A stretch of 64,000 nt of DNA, taken from assembly GCA_010093605.1 (NCBI GenBank), contig MU004193.1, positions 1-64,000 on the forward strand. The letters are read 5' to 3'. Shown here in pieces: positions 48,730-61,658 of the stretch. Under the pieces are notes generated by a model. That model was not told where the DNA came from and ran no database searches. It saw only the letters and a program-made list of their open reading frames with translations. Numbering within the stretch: position 1 is the first letter of the stretch; each line of letters opens with the position of its first letter. Source of the stretch: Lophium mytilinum. Taxonomy: Eukaryota. Both the position numbers and the translations under genes were made by a program.

Positions 48730-51700
48730 TTATCGCCACCTTGCTCTTAAATAGGTTATTGAGTCCTCCCAGCTGTCTCTCATTTCCTTTGTCGTAAACC
48801 ATAGTGAGAAGTCTCCGCTGCTGACAATGAAATAAAGCGGGCAGTTTCTTTCTAGGTTCAGAACAAGCTTCCAGGCTCCGGGACCTATTGCACCCGCTAT
48901 TAGATACGGCAGCAATGGTAGAGAATTAGGGAAAGCCATGCATACTCGGCGCTTTAAGCTCATTACGTCTGATAACAGAGATGTGCTGAAGCTGTATCCT
49001 CATTTTCACAACGAAAACTTGTGGAGGCCCACGTCCTTCTGTAAGCAAGAGCACTTGGTTGTTAAGAAACATGGTATACTATGCGACGGAAATTGCGTAT
49101 TAGCCTCTTGACATCACGAAAACCTGCATCGGTAACATACCACGGGCTGCGATCTAATGGCGAGAACGGCTTGTTCTACAGGATTAAGACTGAGTCTGGT
49201 AAGTCCTTGGCGAAGCACAGGCCCAAAGGTATCAGCATCACCAGGTCCGCCATGCACTTCCATGAAAACAGGATTTTTCATTGGCCGAAAGGCGTTTGCT
49301 AGAACGTCCGTCCATTTCTGGGAAAATACTGTCCTCGATGAAAGAGCCTTTTAGAAATTTCAAATTAGTAAAAGAAGTTACGAAAAGAAGGATCTTACTT
49401 TGGCGATCTTTCCATATTCTAGCATACGGTGTACGGGAGAAACAATGAGAGTCTTCAAGCTGGGAGAATCCGTTGAAGAGCTGACGTGTTGCTGTTTATG
49501 ATCTGCTGCAGCGATTTCGAAACTATCGGCAATATATGGCAGACTGCGTGCGTACGATATAACAGCTTGAACTTGATCCTCATTAGGCACAAGTAGATCA
49601 AACCAATGTTCGGCATTGGTATCAAAAAGAAACATTTCTTCGACTTCGATCAAGAATCGTTGGTGAAATTCCAAGATAGTGGTCAGGTCTATCAGAATCG
49701 AGGACGAGGCATCTTTTGTTACCAAATGTCGCGAAACTGCCGTGTGTGCGATTTCGCTGAGCACCTCTAGGTTACAGACGTAAAGGCGTTCTGATTCCAC
49801 GAAGTTGCTGATAATAGCGTTCAAACTAGGATTGGGGTTTTTCACAGCAAGTGGTAATGGGAGATCTTCCCAGGTGATGTCTTCAATGGACGGATTCGCC
49901 TTTCCGCTATTCCAGAGTAGGCAAAGAATACGGTTCAGACCTTTGATGACCTATTGCACCTGTTAGGTCATCCCTTGATGCACGTCAAGAAGCTTCTACG
50001 AAGAATATTCCGTCGTGCCAGCAGTATGTCCTCAGGGTTACCACTCACCTTGACAAAGCCCATGATACTATCCTCGTATAAGTCTCTTGACGTGAAACAT
50101 TCGGCAGCCGGGACATGTAGATACCGAAAGCAAGTTCTCAAGAAGAGAGCAGATGCAGCTCGCGACTGTGCGGCATCCACGACGGAAAATGGGGCAAAAC
50201 CAGGGATATCGAATAGAAGTAGCAAGGGTACACCTCGCCTCAAAAAACGCCACAGTACGTCGACAGCATTCTTTTTTCGAGAGTAAGAAAGAGACTTATG
50301 TGCGTCTTGGTCCATCCATTGACGGCATCTCTCTTCGCCGCGGAAGATTGATTGAAGTCTGCGACACTCTTTGAGGAGCGAGAAGGGGGGCTGAGAGGAA
50401 GATTCAGCGACATGCTCCATTTTATCACGTTGCGGGTCTAGTTTGTCCGAGAATGCAACATCTGCTGCGAAAGCATCCGGACCAGCACCGGGTGCACAGC
50501 ATGAGGATACAGCTCTGTAACAAGACACGAGCTCTTCAGAAGTAGGTCGATGATGTGGTTCGGAATCAATCATTGAAACAATTTGGCTCAGAAATGGTTG
50601 GAGTTCGAGAAAATGAGGGTCTACTGTATTGAGATCTATGACCTCATGGAGCCAGAGAGCCACGGTGGGGATATTAGCTTGGTAACATCTCCAAGGTTGA
50701 TCTTCGTTAGACTGGATAATGGCCATGAGATCTTCCCTTTTAGAATCTCGGCCTGATGCAGCCAACACTCCAAGCATCTCTACAAAAACACAACCGAGAG
50801 AAAATATGTCGGTGCTTAGCCCCCGTTTACGATCAACTTCAGGTGCCGCATACATCCTCGTGAACGAGGTGCGGGAGTCAGTTTCGGCCTCAGCGGCATT
50901 CCTGTAAGAACGAGTGATGCCAAAGTCTGCAATATATACTTTGTACGAGAGCTCGTTCGGGGATGCGTGACTTTGCCAGATGGTCTTGACAAGCAAGTTT
51001 TTCGGTTTTATGTCCATATGCTTAGTGGCCTTTTGGTGGAGGAAGTTCAGTGCATGAGCAAGACAACCAAAGAACTTCGTCAAGGCGTGGAGCTTTGCGT
51101 CGTTCTCGTAGTCCGGAGAACCTGCTAGCCCGAGCGGTCGGGTAATGATTGACTCCATGAAGCCCTCAAGGTTATCTTCGGCTGCTGGATACAACAGTAT
51201 GCTCAGGTTTTGTTTGAAAATGTACGTTCCAACTACTCGGATTATATGAGAGTGCTCAACTCGTTTCAGATGCTTGACTTCTTTGATAGCTTCGGAGCGT
51301 TTCATACGACGGTTGAAGATGGTTTTGCGGGCTAACAAGATACGTCGACATTTCACACTTTCAACAAGGGCAGTCGCAGATGTGCCAAGGACACTCTCAG
51401 GAACAAGGAGTTCGTCGATCCGTGATTTCTCGCCAGGGCCGAATTCAGCGTGTTCGCCCCGACCAGACCAATCCTTCTCCAACAAGGGCTCAGGTATTAG
51501 TCGCTCGGAATCTAACAGCTTATGCCACGAACTCCTGCAAAAGTCCATCAGTGCGGACCACTTCGATATGAAAATATCATCACGTACGTTGAGGCCGTGG
51601 AGTTGCCATTGAGCTTTCGAGACCCCGACAGCGCTGTTCGAAAGGTATCAATGCTCTTGATGCTGCCTCGGATACTTCTGGCAGTGAAGAAGGTCGAGAC

Positions 51701-51886
51701 GCTCACTCTCCGACTCATCGCGACGTCATTTGCGTCTGGCGCAGGATTGACTGGAACGTCTACATCTGGGACGGGAACGTCGACATCCGGGAAAAGAGCG
51801 ACAATACTCTTCTCCAATGTCGCTATCATCCCATCCTGCTGTCCTTCTTCCCACAGCGGTTCAAGGCTAGTGTGTCCTTCGGCCAT
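48730..51886 (-). CDS. Ser/Thr protein kinase fused to degenerate Cdc24-like CH-DH(RhoGEF)-PH module (6 exons, about 947 aa)
   Basis: Exons 51886-51588, 51534-50049, 49950-49399, 49347-49141, 49078-48946 and 48896-48730 join in frame through GT-AG introns. Kinase motifs ARK, HMDIKPKN, ADFG, YAAPE, DIFSLG. CH: LWRFLRRGVPL..CFTSRDLY...GFVKVI. DH: FVESERLYVCNLE..FHQRFL..PVHRMLEY. PH end: F.TKEMRDSW. Confidence 0.85.
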
Positions 51887-52894
51887 GTGTCCTGCGTAAA
51901 CAGTCGGGAGCGGGAGGTAAGAAGTTCATGGACCGAGTCGATGTCTGAGGCTGAGTGGAGGGCGCAGAGCGCAGGGCTTCGGGGAGCGCGTATTGATGTG
52001 TGAATGATGAAGTTGAGGGCTTACAGCTAGAGAGCCTTGTTCAGTAAGATCTGGCAGACAGAGGGAAGTGGGAACAAACTGGCACAAACTGGCGGCTTCG
52101 TGGCTTCATCAATCAATCGGCGATGGAAGGCTGAAGGGCATATTGCGACATTGAGGATGAAGCAACACTCTCGAGGCATCGAAAACCCTAAAATGGATCT
52201 GAAGACACAGGTTCATCTTGGCGAGCGAGGCTGAACGAGGAGCTGAAAGCTGTGGGGGCCTGAGTGGTTGGTGTTGAAGCCTGGAATTGGTGGCTTTGCG
52301 TGGGGTGTTTGACGTGGAAAATTATGACGGGTCACGGGACACAGTCCCCGATGTTGCTAATCAGAGGCGCTGAATGCAGTCGAGCAAGTGTTATATTACT
52401 ACTATTTCCTCTCAGTAATACATTATGATCAATATTTGTTGGAGTATTGACGTCTGTAGGCCAGTTGAGCAGACAGTTGTCACGTGATCCCACTGACCTC
52501 ACCTCCGTCTCCCCATCTTCTGTGCAGTACCCCTGAATTCTTAAGTGTCAAGATGATACATCCATTAGAGTGCAGTATAAGCTCGGTAAATCATTTTGCT
52601 CTTATAAACGTTCCCAATCGTCATACCATTCACTACTATAATCACCCTGCACGTTCTTTTGCACTTATTACGTTCAAAGCTAGGTATACTGTTGAGTTCA
52701 AAGCTTTTGATACAAGAACGGTATAACGAGCCGAGATATTGGAAGTATTAGGGCTAAATCCCCATTCATTACGGTGATTTGGGGGCCCGCCCAGCGCTTT
52801 GCCCCCAACAGAATGAGTAACCCCGCCGACGCCTCCGACATTAGAAGTGACCAGGGTTTTTACTAGAGCTCTATTCTAGATCTATTGTAACGGC

Positions 52895-53793
52895 ATGACA
52901 CCTACACATCGTCGTCTAGCAGGCCCTGCAGGCCACATATGGGGGCCAAAATCGCGGGGTAGTCAGTCTATCATCAGGTTTAATACCCGCCGCGGCCCTT
53001 GCTGCCTCAGCCTCGCGCAGCATGCCCAGCCTCACAATTCGGGCCTATTGTCGGCCTCATCTTCCCTGCGAGCGCGGTCTATCGACTACTGGACCCTACC
53101 AGGATGGTTTCTTGGGGACGTTGACATCGATCGCATTCCATTCTTCTCTTATGACGGCAGATACCGGGAAGATTACGGACCCACCATGATAGGCGCGCTC
53201 CCTTTGGGTGACCTGACCCTTGAGATTGTGCAGTTTGGGCTGTTCACTATTGCCGTTGGCCATGTTTGTAATCGCAACATGTTGGTAAGCTATGTCTTAG
53301 ACTGAACCGCGAAGCATAAAGACACTTTTCTCCACACCTAGCTCCTTACGCTCTTTGCCGTTTCGCCCTTAATAATGTTTCTGTTTTTCATAACTTCCGA
53401 CTTGAATTGGATATGGCTATTAGGCATGTATGCATTCACAGTCATACTTGCCTTCTCGCTAGGGTTTCTGTTCGCTCCTACTCCCCGTCTTCTATGCCCG
53501 ACGTATGATTACCTCATTAGATGCCTGTCGCAAGGCTTCAAAAACGTCCACAAGTCATGTTTCTTCATGCCGTGTGTGCCGCAGTCAACGCCGGGGTAGC
53601 ATCAGGCGTACAATTTTATGGTGAGGTTGTTGTTACTTTTTGGCATCGAGATGCCCCAGTGATGATAAAGCGGAGGAAGGAATTGAGGAAATTTGAAGAA
53701 ACCTTGCGTCAGAAGACTGACGATGGAATGAGCAGGAGAAGACTCGTGGAAGTGGAAACACAGAGTATGGATGTTACGAGCGTGAGACCTTAA
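52895..53793 (+). CDS. Hypothetical membrane protein (exon structure only partly resolved)
   Basis: An in-frame intron at 53285-53341 joins two ORFs with hydrophobic segments. The second junction and the start are uncertain. Confidence 0.35.
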
Positions 53794-55980
53794 CCATTAA
53801 AAGGTGGTGATGTAGAGATGGGGAGTTTACTACAACATGGCGATGAGCCGGATGCACCGTTGGAACTTGCCACGCCGGAGCGAGCGACACTGAACGATGC
53901 AATTGCGGCCTCCAAGGAGGAATTTCGGACTTTCGAATACAAGGATATGGATGCACGTGTAGACAGCCGGAGACGTAGATCCAGGATGTCTGGTGGCAAA
54001 TCTGGGACGGCTGTAGGAGATGTTGGTAAGATTAGACACAAAAACCATAGAATCTTAGTTCGCCCATCTGGTTGCCAGGAAAGGTATTGTCAACGATTTG
54101 AGGAAACTTTCTTTCGTCGACGAAACATGATCTTGCTCTCTATACATCCGTGTGGAGAGATGCTTGAGGAACGCCCAGTCTGTATCGGTTCACTTCGACA
54201 ACTTCATACGGACGTTCCTCTACTAATCACAGATTAGTATTTTCGTCTGCATCAACGTCCTAGCCCGAATCCGGGGTGCTTGTTCGTACTGCTAGACCTC
54301 TGGCTGCCTCTTTCGATGGCGAAAGCCGTAGCTTTGTCCATCAAGTCATGATCGCAAGCTCTCTATATGTATGCAGCACGTCGTTCTTTACACAGTTCCT
54401 TTACTAACACTTGCAACCACACTCACCAGATGCCCCTTCTTTTACCACTTACGGCAAAGCGCTCATTCCAAGTCTTACATATAAGGCAATCCATCCAGAT
54501 ATTGAGCATTATGCGAGCTTGACCAAGTTCAGCTTATATCGCTACGCAAGCGCTCAAAAGACCACAGCTCTCCCACAAACGGCATCGCCCGCACTGGCTG
54601 CTATGCCATCAGGGCCGGTGAGCTGCGAGCTTCCGCAACCGCGTACGGTCTTGAGGTTTTAAGCCTGGGGCACAACCCGCAGTTTTCGACCCCACGCTCG
54701 GTGAGGTCACGCTATCAGTCCTCTTTCAGTTTGTTGACGAGCTGGCAGGCTGAGGATGAGGAACAAGGGGGTTAGATTGAATCGTGGACGTGCCAGGAGT
54801 CTGTAGGCCTTGAAAAGCTGGACTGCTTAGCACGCGTAGCGGCTGTCATGTCATGCAAGGCGAATGCAACAGCATGGACTAGTATTCAAGTTTATGCACA
54901 ATGGGATACTGACCTACGCTTCCTCCAGCCGGAGTTTTGGTTATGCTGGGTTGGGTGGAGGCCTCAGTTGGGCCTGTCAGCTCGTTCCAGGTTCAATCGC
55001 AAGGACTGTTGCTGCCACTTTCATCCGGAACATTCCTCAGATAAGTTCGCACGCAAGGCCTAGACTCGTTCGAACACGAACGGATAAACCTAGCAGCCGG
55101 TTACGCCGTCCTGACTCTATAAGTTCAGAAATATTTGGCTGCGGTGCACCTTTTCCTGAATGCGGTGAGTCTACACGACTGACCCCGGACGCATGGACCC
55201 ACACGTCCAAGAGGGGATGCTTGCGGTACATCAGGTCCTCAGGGGTTGTACCTTGAGGATATCATGGTCCAATAGGCTGCAGGATGAACTGGTTCCGGGG
55301 TTTCGGGTCATTTTTGCGATATTAAGCCTCCGCGACCCGAAACATTAGAGTTATTGCAATGAGTTGGAAGCTATATAATAACTGAGAAAGGATATATCAT
55401 TAGATTTATCAAGAAATGGTAACAGAAGGTGAAGAGACTGCGGACTGATTATTCCAGTCTTCTACGCTAGCTTTGCTCCTACCGACTACCCTCTTCCCTA
55501 AACGCAGCGCCCTCTACACGCGCGCTCAAACACTCGTACAGCAGAACATAGAAGAGATTCATGCCAGTCCTGAATAGCAAGATCACATCCCGACAGAAAG
55601 CATGAGATATTGACTCTTTATAGGGCTCGTTAGGCAAAGTGCTCGGATAAACTACCTTAGCAAGGATCCGGAAGCATGATATGCCCCAGGTTCAATCGCT
55701 CGGGTAAACTATGCTACCATGAACCCGGGTCCAATCATATTTCCGATTTCAAGTCCGAAATGGAAATATTCCAGTCACCACATCCAAGACTACGGATTCA
55801 GCATGGGTGTCCAGGCATGCGGGTTGGTCTCATGCACAACGGATGGGCTCCTGGGTGCTGGGTGCGGGGAAGCTATGGGAATATGGGGTACCGGGAAATC
55901 CTTTATATAGGCAATGTCCTCCAGGTTCGGTCATGATGTTCACACTCTACTGGTGATCGCTTTAAGTTATTCTGCACGCA

Positions 55981-58017
55981 ATGTCGGACAACAACTTTTC
56001 GAAGTATGAGAAGCCTCAGAAGTCTCATCATGAAGAGCAACCCTCGGGACATGTCGCATATCAGTCCGATACCGAAGGCCCTCGGGATCTAGACGATCCA
56101 GAGTGGCATCTCGATTACAAGATAGTTCTCACTTTCCTCGTAGGACTCCTTAACAGCTATGAAGCTCGACCCGTACTGACTTACATAATCTAGATCATGA
56201 TGATCCAGTACAATGCCTCCTACTTCACGCTTACCTTGTCCGCACCAATTGCCAGCTATATCAACGCAGATCTGGGACCGAAGCCTTATTACGTGTGGAT
56301 GGAAATCGTTTGGCCTCTTGCATTTGCTGCTACCATGGCCATCGATGGACGTCTCGGCGATCTCTTTGGCCGTCGCTGGTTGATGATCGGCGGAAACTTT
56401 CTTTGCGTGGTTGCCTCGATTATTGGAGGGACAGCGCAATCAATCGGCGTTGTCATTCTTGCCATCGGTCTTAATGGTATGGCCGGAGCTATCCAGCAAA
56501 CGGCTAGTGCTGCTGTCAGTGAGCTTGTCCCTAGGAAATATCGACCGCAAGCCGCATCTACAGTTGCAGGCAGTGGAATCATTGGAGGTGCCTTTGGTAC
56601 CCCGATTGGTATGCGTCCATCATTTTGCTTTGCCTTTTGGCGCTTTGAGGAATTGCGCTGACTGACCTGAAAGCTATCCATCTTGCTACTAAGCTTTCCT
56701 GGCGATGGGGTTTCTGGATCTCCCTCTTGACTGCAGGCATAAGTGTAATCGGTTTAGTTTGCTTCTACTTTCCTCCAACCTTTGAGGAGGTCCATAACGA
56801 GGACCGTCGTACAAAGTGGCAAGAGGTTAAAGATTTCGATTTCGTTGGTGTGATACTTTTCATCGGCGGCATCACTGTTTTGCTTCTAGGCATCTCTTGG
56901 GGAGGTGTCACCTATCCTTGGAAGAGTGCTGGAGTTCTTGTACCTCTATTCATCGGCGCATTGGCTCTCGTCGCATTTGGATTCTGGGAGGTTTACGGAA
57001 ACCTCAGCGAACCTCTTGTGCCATACAAGCTTTTCAAGAACGTCCGGGGCTTTACCATGGTACTGGTAGCCGATTTCGTTGGGGGGATGCTTCTCTACGC
57101 GTTGATTTCCCTCTATCCTGTTCAAATCGCGACTGTCTACGAGTCGAATCCTGCGGTTGCCGCGTGGGAGTCTTGCACTCTCCTGATGGGGACTTTTGTT
57201 AGTATTATCGTGATGGGGAACCTTCTAGGGAGAGTCGGCCACGCTAGACTGATCTTTGCGGTTTCTGTCGCCCTGAACACCATATTCTTGGGATGTATGG
57301 CGGCGATGAGTGAGTACCTCAAACGCAGACGACTTTCTACAACTCATTACTGACATCCCCATCAAGCACCCTCAACGCTCGGAGCAATCCTTGCACTAAC
57401 CACGCTTACCGGGTTCACCATCGGTTTTGTTCAGCTTGTGGGCATTGTAATGATCATGCTGAACTGCCCCGACGAAGACATTGGAGTTGCAGTTGGTCTG
57501 AATGGTTCCGCTCGGAGTATCGGTGGTTCGATTGCAACCGCCATGTACAGCACAATTCTCACCAACAAGGTCCAGGAAGTTCTACCTGGAAATATCGCAG
57601 CTGCGGTACTGCCACTAGGATTTCCGGCAAGCAGCCTCGGGCCTTTGATTTTAGCTCTTTTGAGCGGATCTAAAGCAGCAATCGAGCAAGTGCCTGGCGT
57701 CACGTTACCCGTCGTGGGTGCGGCAGCTCAAGCAGTGAAGGAGTCTTACGCTCAAGGATTCAGGTAACTTACAACCAAAAGCTCAGTGCCAAAGAGCATA
57801 ATGGAATGCTAACAAAAGTAGACTTGTGTATCTTGTTGCCATCGCATTCGGTGTCGTTGCTACAGTCTGTGCCGCATGCACCAGAGACATCGACCACCTG
57901 TTGACCAACGACGTAGCAGCAAAACTGCATGCGCCAGAACTGCAGCCGCTCCATCGGAACACCGTCAACAGCTCTGATGCTGATGTGGAAGCGTCAAGTC
58001 ATGTCGAGAAAACTTAG
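55981..58017 (+). CDS. MFS drug efflux transporter, Tri12 (fungal trichothecene efflux pump)-like family (about 4 introns)
   Basis: Motifs GRLGDLFGRRW, SELVPRKYR, FYFPPTF, GISWGG..YPWKS, DIGVAVGL.GSARSIGG, A...SYA.GFR.VYLVAIAFG. Confidence 0.92.
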
Positions 58018-58844
58018 GATGTGTGACAGTGTCTGCTGTTTCTCAAATAGGATCTCGTTGCTGTGCAACTTTTGCCGACCTCAAGTTCTAATAGACCCAC
58101 TGTTTGAGGATATCTTTGAAGATGTGATAATGCACCAGAGCAATGAACGTGACTCTTCATATCCAATGCGTAGCTTTACTTGCTTATTGAGTTCCAATCT
58201 TGGCTTCACGTCCAGCTCCATAGCATTTCCGCCGGCATCAGAGTTGATAGTGGATGCCGGAGAAAGCGATGACGACGCTCGTTCGGCCGCGAGTTTAGTA
58301 GATCGACGGAGCTTTTGAGTCGACAACTGCGCGGGACGTGGATGCGTCGTCAGGCTGCATGCCTCAGCCGGAGGTGTAAGAGACGAAAGATGTATGGTGT
58401 CTGGTGGCTGATCTGGTGCCTAGAAAACCTCTCCTCAAATCTTAGGAAACTTTCATTCGGTGGCGACATAATGACATGGATATCTCTGGTTCCCTGCCGG
58501 CTCTGATCCATCAAATCCGCCTTTACACTCTTAGTAGAATTGCAATGCCACCGCAGCTTCGCTAAACCGTAAGAGAGAATATGGACAGATAGAATTCACC
58601 CTTGGAATGCTCATAGGCATTCAAGTGAAGGATTTACTCTCTATAGACTCTGATGGTTTACTTGTAGAGTTATTTTGAATATGATGCCGTTCTTCTTATC
58701 ACTACTAGCATTTAAAATACTGGAGACACTGTCTACAAATGCCTCACGCAGCGGTAGAGGCATCTAGACATATAGAACAAGGCGTTGCAATATTTGGTTG
58801 CCTAGGTAGCCTGCTAGGTGGTTGCCTTTCACCCCGCACCCGTA

Positions 58845-59048
58845 TGGTATTTCCGATCACGTGATTTGCAATTTCGGAGGACAATAGATGTCGATTCCAT
58901 GCAGGAATCTAGCTAGGCTATATAAATGTGAGAGAGGGCCGTGCAGGCCTCGAATACACAAGATCCAGTTAAGAAAACGGTCCTTCAGTAGATGTATGCG
59001 TCACGTGCTCGACTTCCGAATATCAACCATACGTGGAGGGTTCCACGC
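58845..59048 (+). repeat. Dispersed repeat family B, copy 2
   Basis: TATTTCCGATCACGTGAT..GGACAATAGATGTCGATTCCATGCAGGAATCTAGCTAGGCTATATA..CCGTGCAGGCCT..TCACGTGCTCGAC. Confidence 0.9.
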
Positions 59049-59486
59049 CTGACCAGCTAACTGGTGATCACCGCACATCACAGCAACGAAGCTGAGACTG
59101 CCAAGGCCGCCCCAACCTTCGAAAGCGACTAACTCTACATCTCTTGAGCTCTAGCAAACATCTCTCACCTGTTATCATGGATAATTTACCGAAGAGGAAC
59201 CCAGAATCACGCCGCGCGATCTCGCGTTTGGTCGGAAGTGCTTAAATCTCTGCCTGAAGTCGGGAGACCAGGCCGATTGCAACTATGCACGAGATCCGGG
59301 TTCATTCCATCGCGTATCTTGGATCTCAGAGTCAACAAGCTAAAAGGAGATCTTTGGTTGGTTCCAAAGGACGACTTGCGCCCTAGTCATGGCAGTGCTG
59401 TCGAAATCACGATACAAAGACGAGTCTATTTACTTTATAGAGACAGGAAGTACAGGTTGATCTCAGCCTGTCGCGTCGCAACCCTC

Positions 59487-61407
59487 CTAGGCCAACGGAT
59501 TCTTCAACTCCCCTTTGTTGTCGAAAGCCTTCTTGACAGCGTCTATGCGGTCGATAAACTTATCAAGGTAATCAACGCGTTCCTTGCTGTCCTCCGACTT
59601 TTCCTTCTTCCCCTTCGCGCTGTCCCTTTCCTTCACGAGGTCTCCCCTAACGCCCTGTATTGCATCATGCCATTTCTTCAACCAATCATCCAAGTTCTTG
59701 ATCCGACTCCCGGTACGCTCCTTGATATAGTCGTTCCATTTCTGCTTGAGTTCCAGGGGCTTCCATGCCGGCCAATCTCTAACATCGTCCTTTTGTTTTT
59801 TGTCCGGATTTCTCCTCGTGGACCTCAGCTTAATCTTTGGTAGCTCTTTTTTGTCTAAGACATCGAACATTTCAGCAACACGCTTTACCTGATCCTGGAA
59901 TACCTTGACGAAATGCTTGTCCGAGCAATAAATGTAAACGCCGTAGACCTCCCTCCACTTCTCGATTGCCTTTTCAAGCCCAAATATCTTGTCGTGTTTT
60001 ATCAACTTTTTCTTGTCTTTCGATTTGAGGCCTTTCAGATCTTCGTTCGAAACCTGCGCAATTTTGAAGTCTAGAAGAGATTCCATATTCTTTCCCTCGG
60101 AGTTTGCACCTTCCGTTACAAGAGGCTGATCTTGCCACAACTGATTATTGGTTAGCGGATTACGTCCAGATCTTTTTTCGTTGCCTGTGTGCGAACTACG
60201 GGAAGGTTCGACTCACTCGACCTTTCATTCCGTTCACGGGAGTGTAAAGAAGCATAAATTCATCCCAGTTGCTCCACCTGCTTGGCAAAGCTGACGCAAG
60301 CCATTCCGCTGGTGTGGCTGCTGAATTTTTACCTTCCTTGTCTTGGTTATCATCGGGATACTTCTTTCCGTCTACGACCTTGAGCTCGTTGGCCTTATCA
60401 TCGTACTCCGTCCTCCACTAGAGAAAAGAAACCGCAGTACGTATTAGTCAATATACAGAGAGCCGGGATATCTTTGTTTTTGCTTTACATACGTAAGGCA
60501 ACATGAGGTTGCAGAAAGTCACCTTCTCGTCTTGCATTTGGTTGAATGGATCTAGGTTGTCGTATTTAGGCCCCGCAGAAAGGTCGTTGATGAAACTGGA
60601 TAATGCCTGACCTTCAAGCGCATGTTCGGTTTGATAATTCGACTTCAGAATTGCAAGACTTTTTTCTTGAATGAAGGAGAAGTCGTCGCAGTCCTTGTAG
60701 TCCTTAAAGTTGTAGGCTTTGATATTTTTGTATCTCTAACAGTTTGTCAGCGCTAGACCAACGCATTCAGTCCAAGGAAGCAAAATGAATACCTCCTTTT
60801 CATCGTCTTTACCATCAACGATATCTTTTGGCCCGGGATAATTCTCGGTCTGGACAAACACCTGTGGCTTTTCCTTGCCCTTGCTCGTTTTCTGTATGTC
60901 CACCCATAACTTCATTTCCTCTTGGCATGCGTTGATATTTTTCCGGGAGTATCTTTTGGCTAAGGAACGATGAGAAACGAAACGCCTGTCTGGTGTCTCA
61001 TTCTGGTCTAAGGTCTCCTTGATATCCCACTCCTCCAATTGTTCAGGCGTCGCATCCTCGATGTATGCCTAGTCAGTTCTTTAGCGTATCTAAGTTGAAG
61101 GGCGGATCAGTGTACTGACGTATTCCCAGGCTGTACAGGTCAGGTCGTCGCAGTCGTTGGGAGTTGTCCTTTTGAAGAGATATACGAAATCCTCATCGTC
61201 TCTTCTGTCTACTCTGATTATGTCACTTTGGTCGTATGATTCCGGTAGTTCGATCAACGACGTAGGGAAGAGTTCTACGCCTCCAGGCGAGAAACCTCTA
61301 GCCAATTCCACTTCATGTTGAAGAGAGCCACGCACCCGGGGAGCGATGGTTGCGAGCAAGGATGTAATGGCGAGGAGGCGGTGCGAGAATATAACAAATG
61401 CAAGCAT
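59487..61407 (-). CDS. Secreted Lys/Asp-rich protein with KR/RR processing sites and an EH..E.Q / N..K motif (toxin/effector-like; about 4 introns)
   Basis: Hydrophobic N-terminus MLAFVIFSHRLLAITSLLATIA. Internal exons read NYQTEHALEGQ, FC.LM, EFMLLYTPVNGMKG|LWQ. The last exon is ORF 59487-60140. Confidence 0.7.
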
Positions 61408-61452
61408 GATAGACCGTATAGACAACAGAATAAATAAGTTTAGGTGTAGAGA

Positions 61453-61658
61453 TGTAATATTTCCAATCACGTAATGTAAGAATTTAAAGGACAATAGATG
61501 TCAATTCTATGTAGGAATCTAGCTAGGCTATATACACGTTGGGGAGGCCCGTGCAGGCCTTAATTATACTAGATCTATATAGGAAAGCATTCCTATAGTA
61601 GATCTATACATCACGTGCACAACATCTAAATATTAACTATATATTAAGAATTCTATAT
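61453..61658 (+). repeat. Dispersed repeat family B, copy 3 (partly RIP-mutated)
   Basis: TATTTCCAATCACGTAAT..GGACAATAGATGTCAATTCTATGTAGGAATCTAGCTAGGCTATATA..CCGTGCAGGCCT. Many differences from the other copies are C>T/G>A. Confidence 0.9.

Noticed and set aside
51548..51550. TGATG stop-start overlap suggesting translational coupling or a frameshift
   Set aside because: It lies inside a canonical 53-nt intron (51587-51535) that joins the two ORFs in frame.
59238..59843. 201-aa plus-strand ORF
   Set aside because: Antisense shadow of the Lys-rich last exon of the minus-strand gene.
58845..61658. LTR retrotransposon
   Set aside because: The interior is an intron-containing secreted-protein gene with no gag/pol, and no TG..CA termini or PBS were identified.
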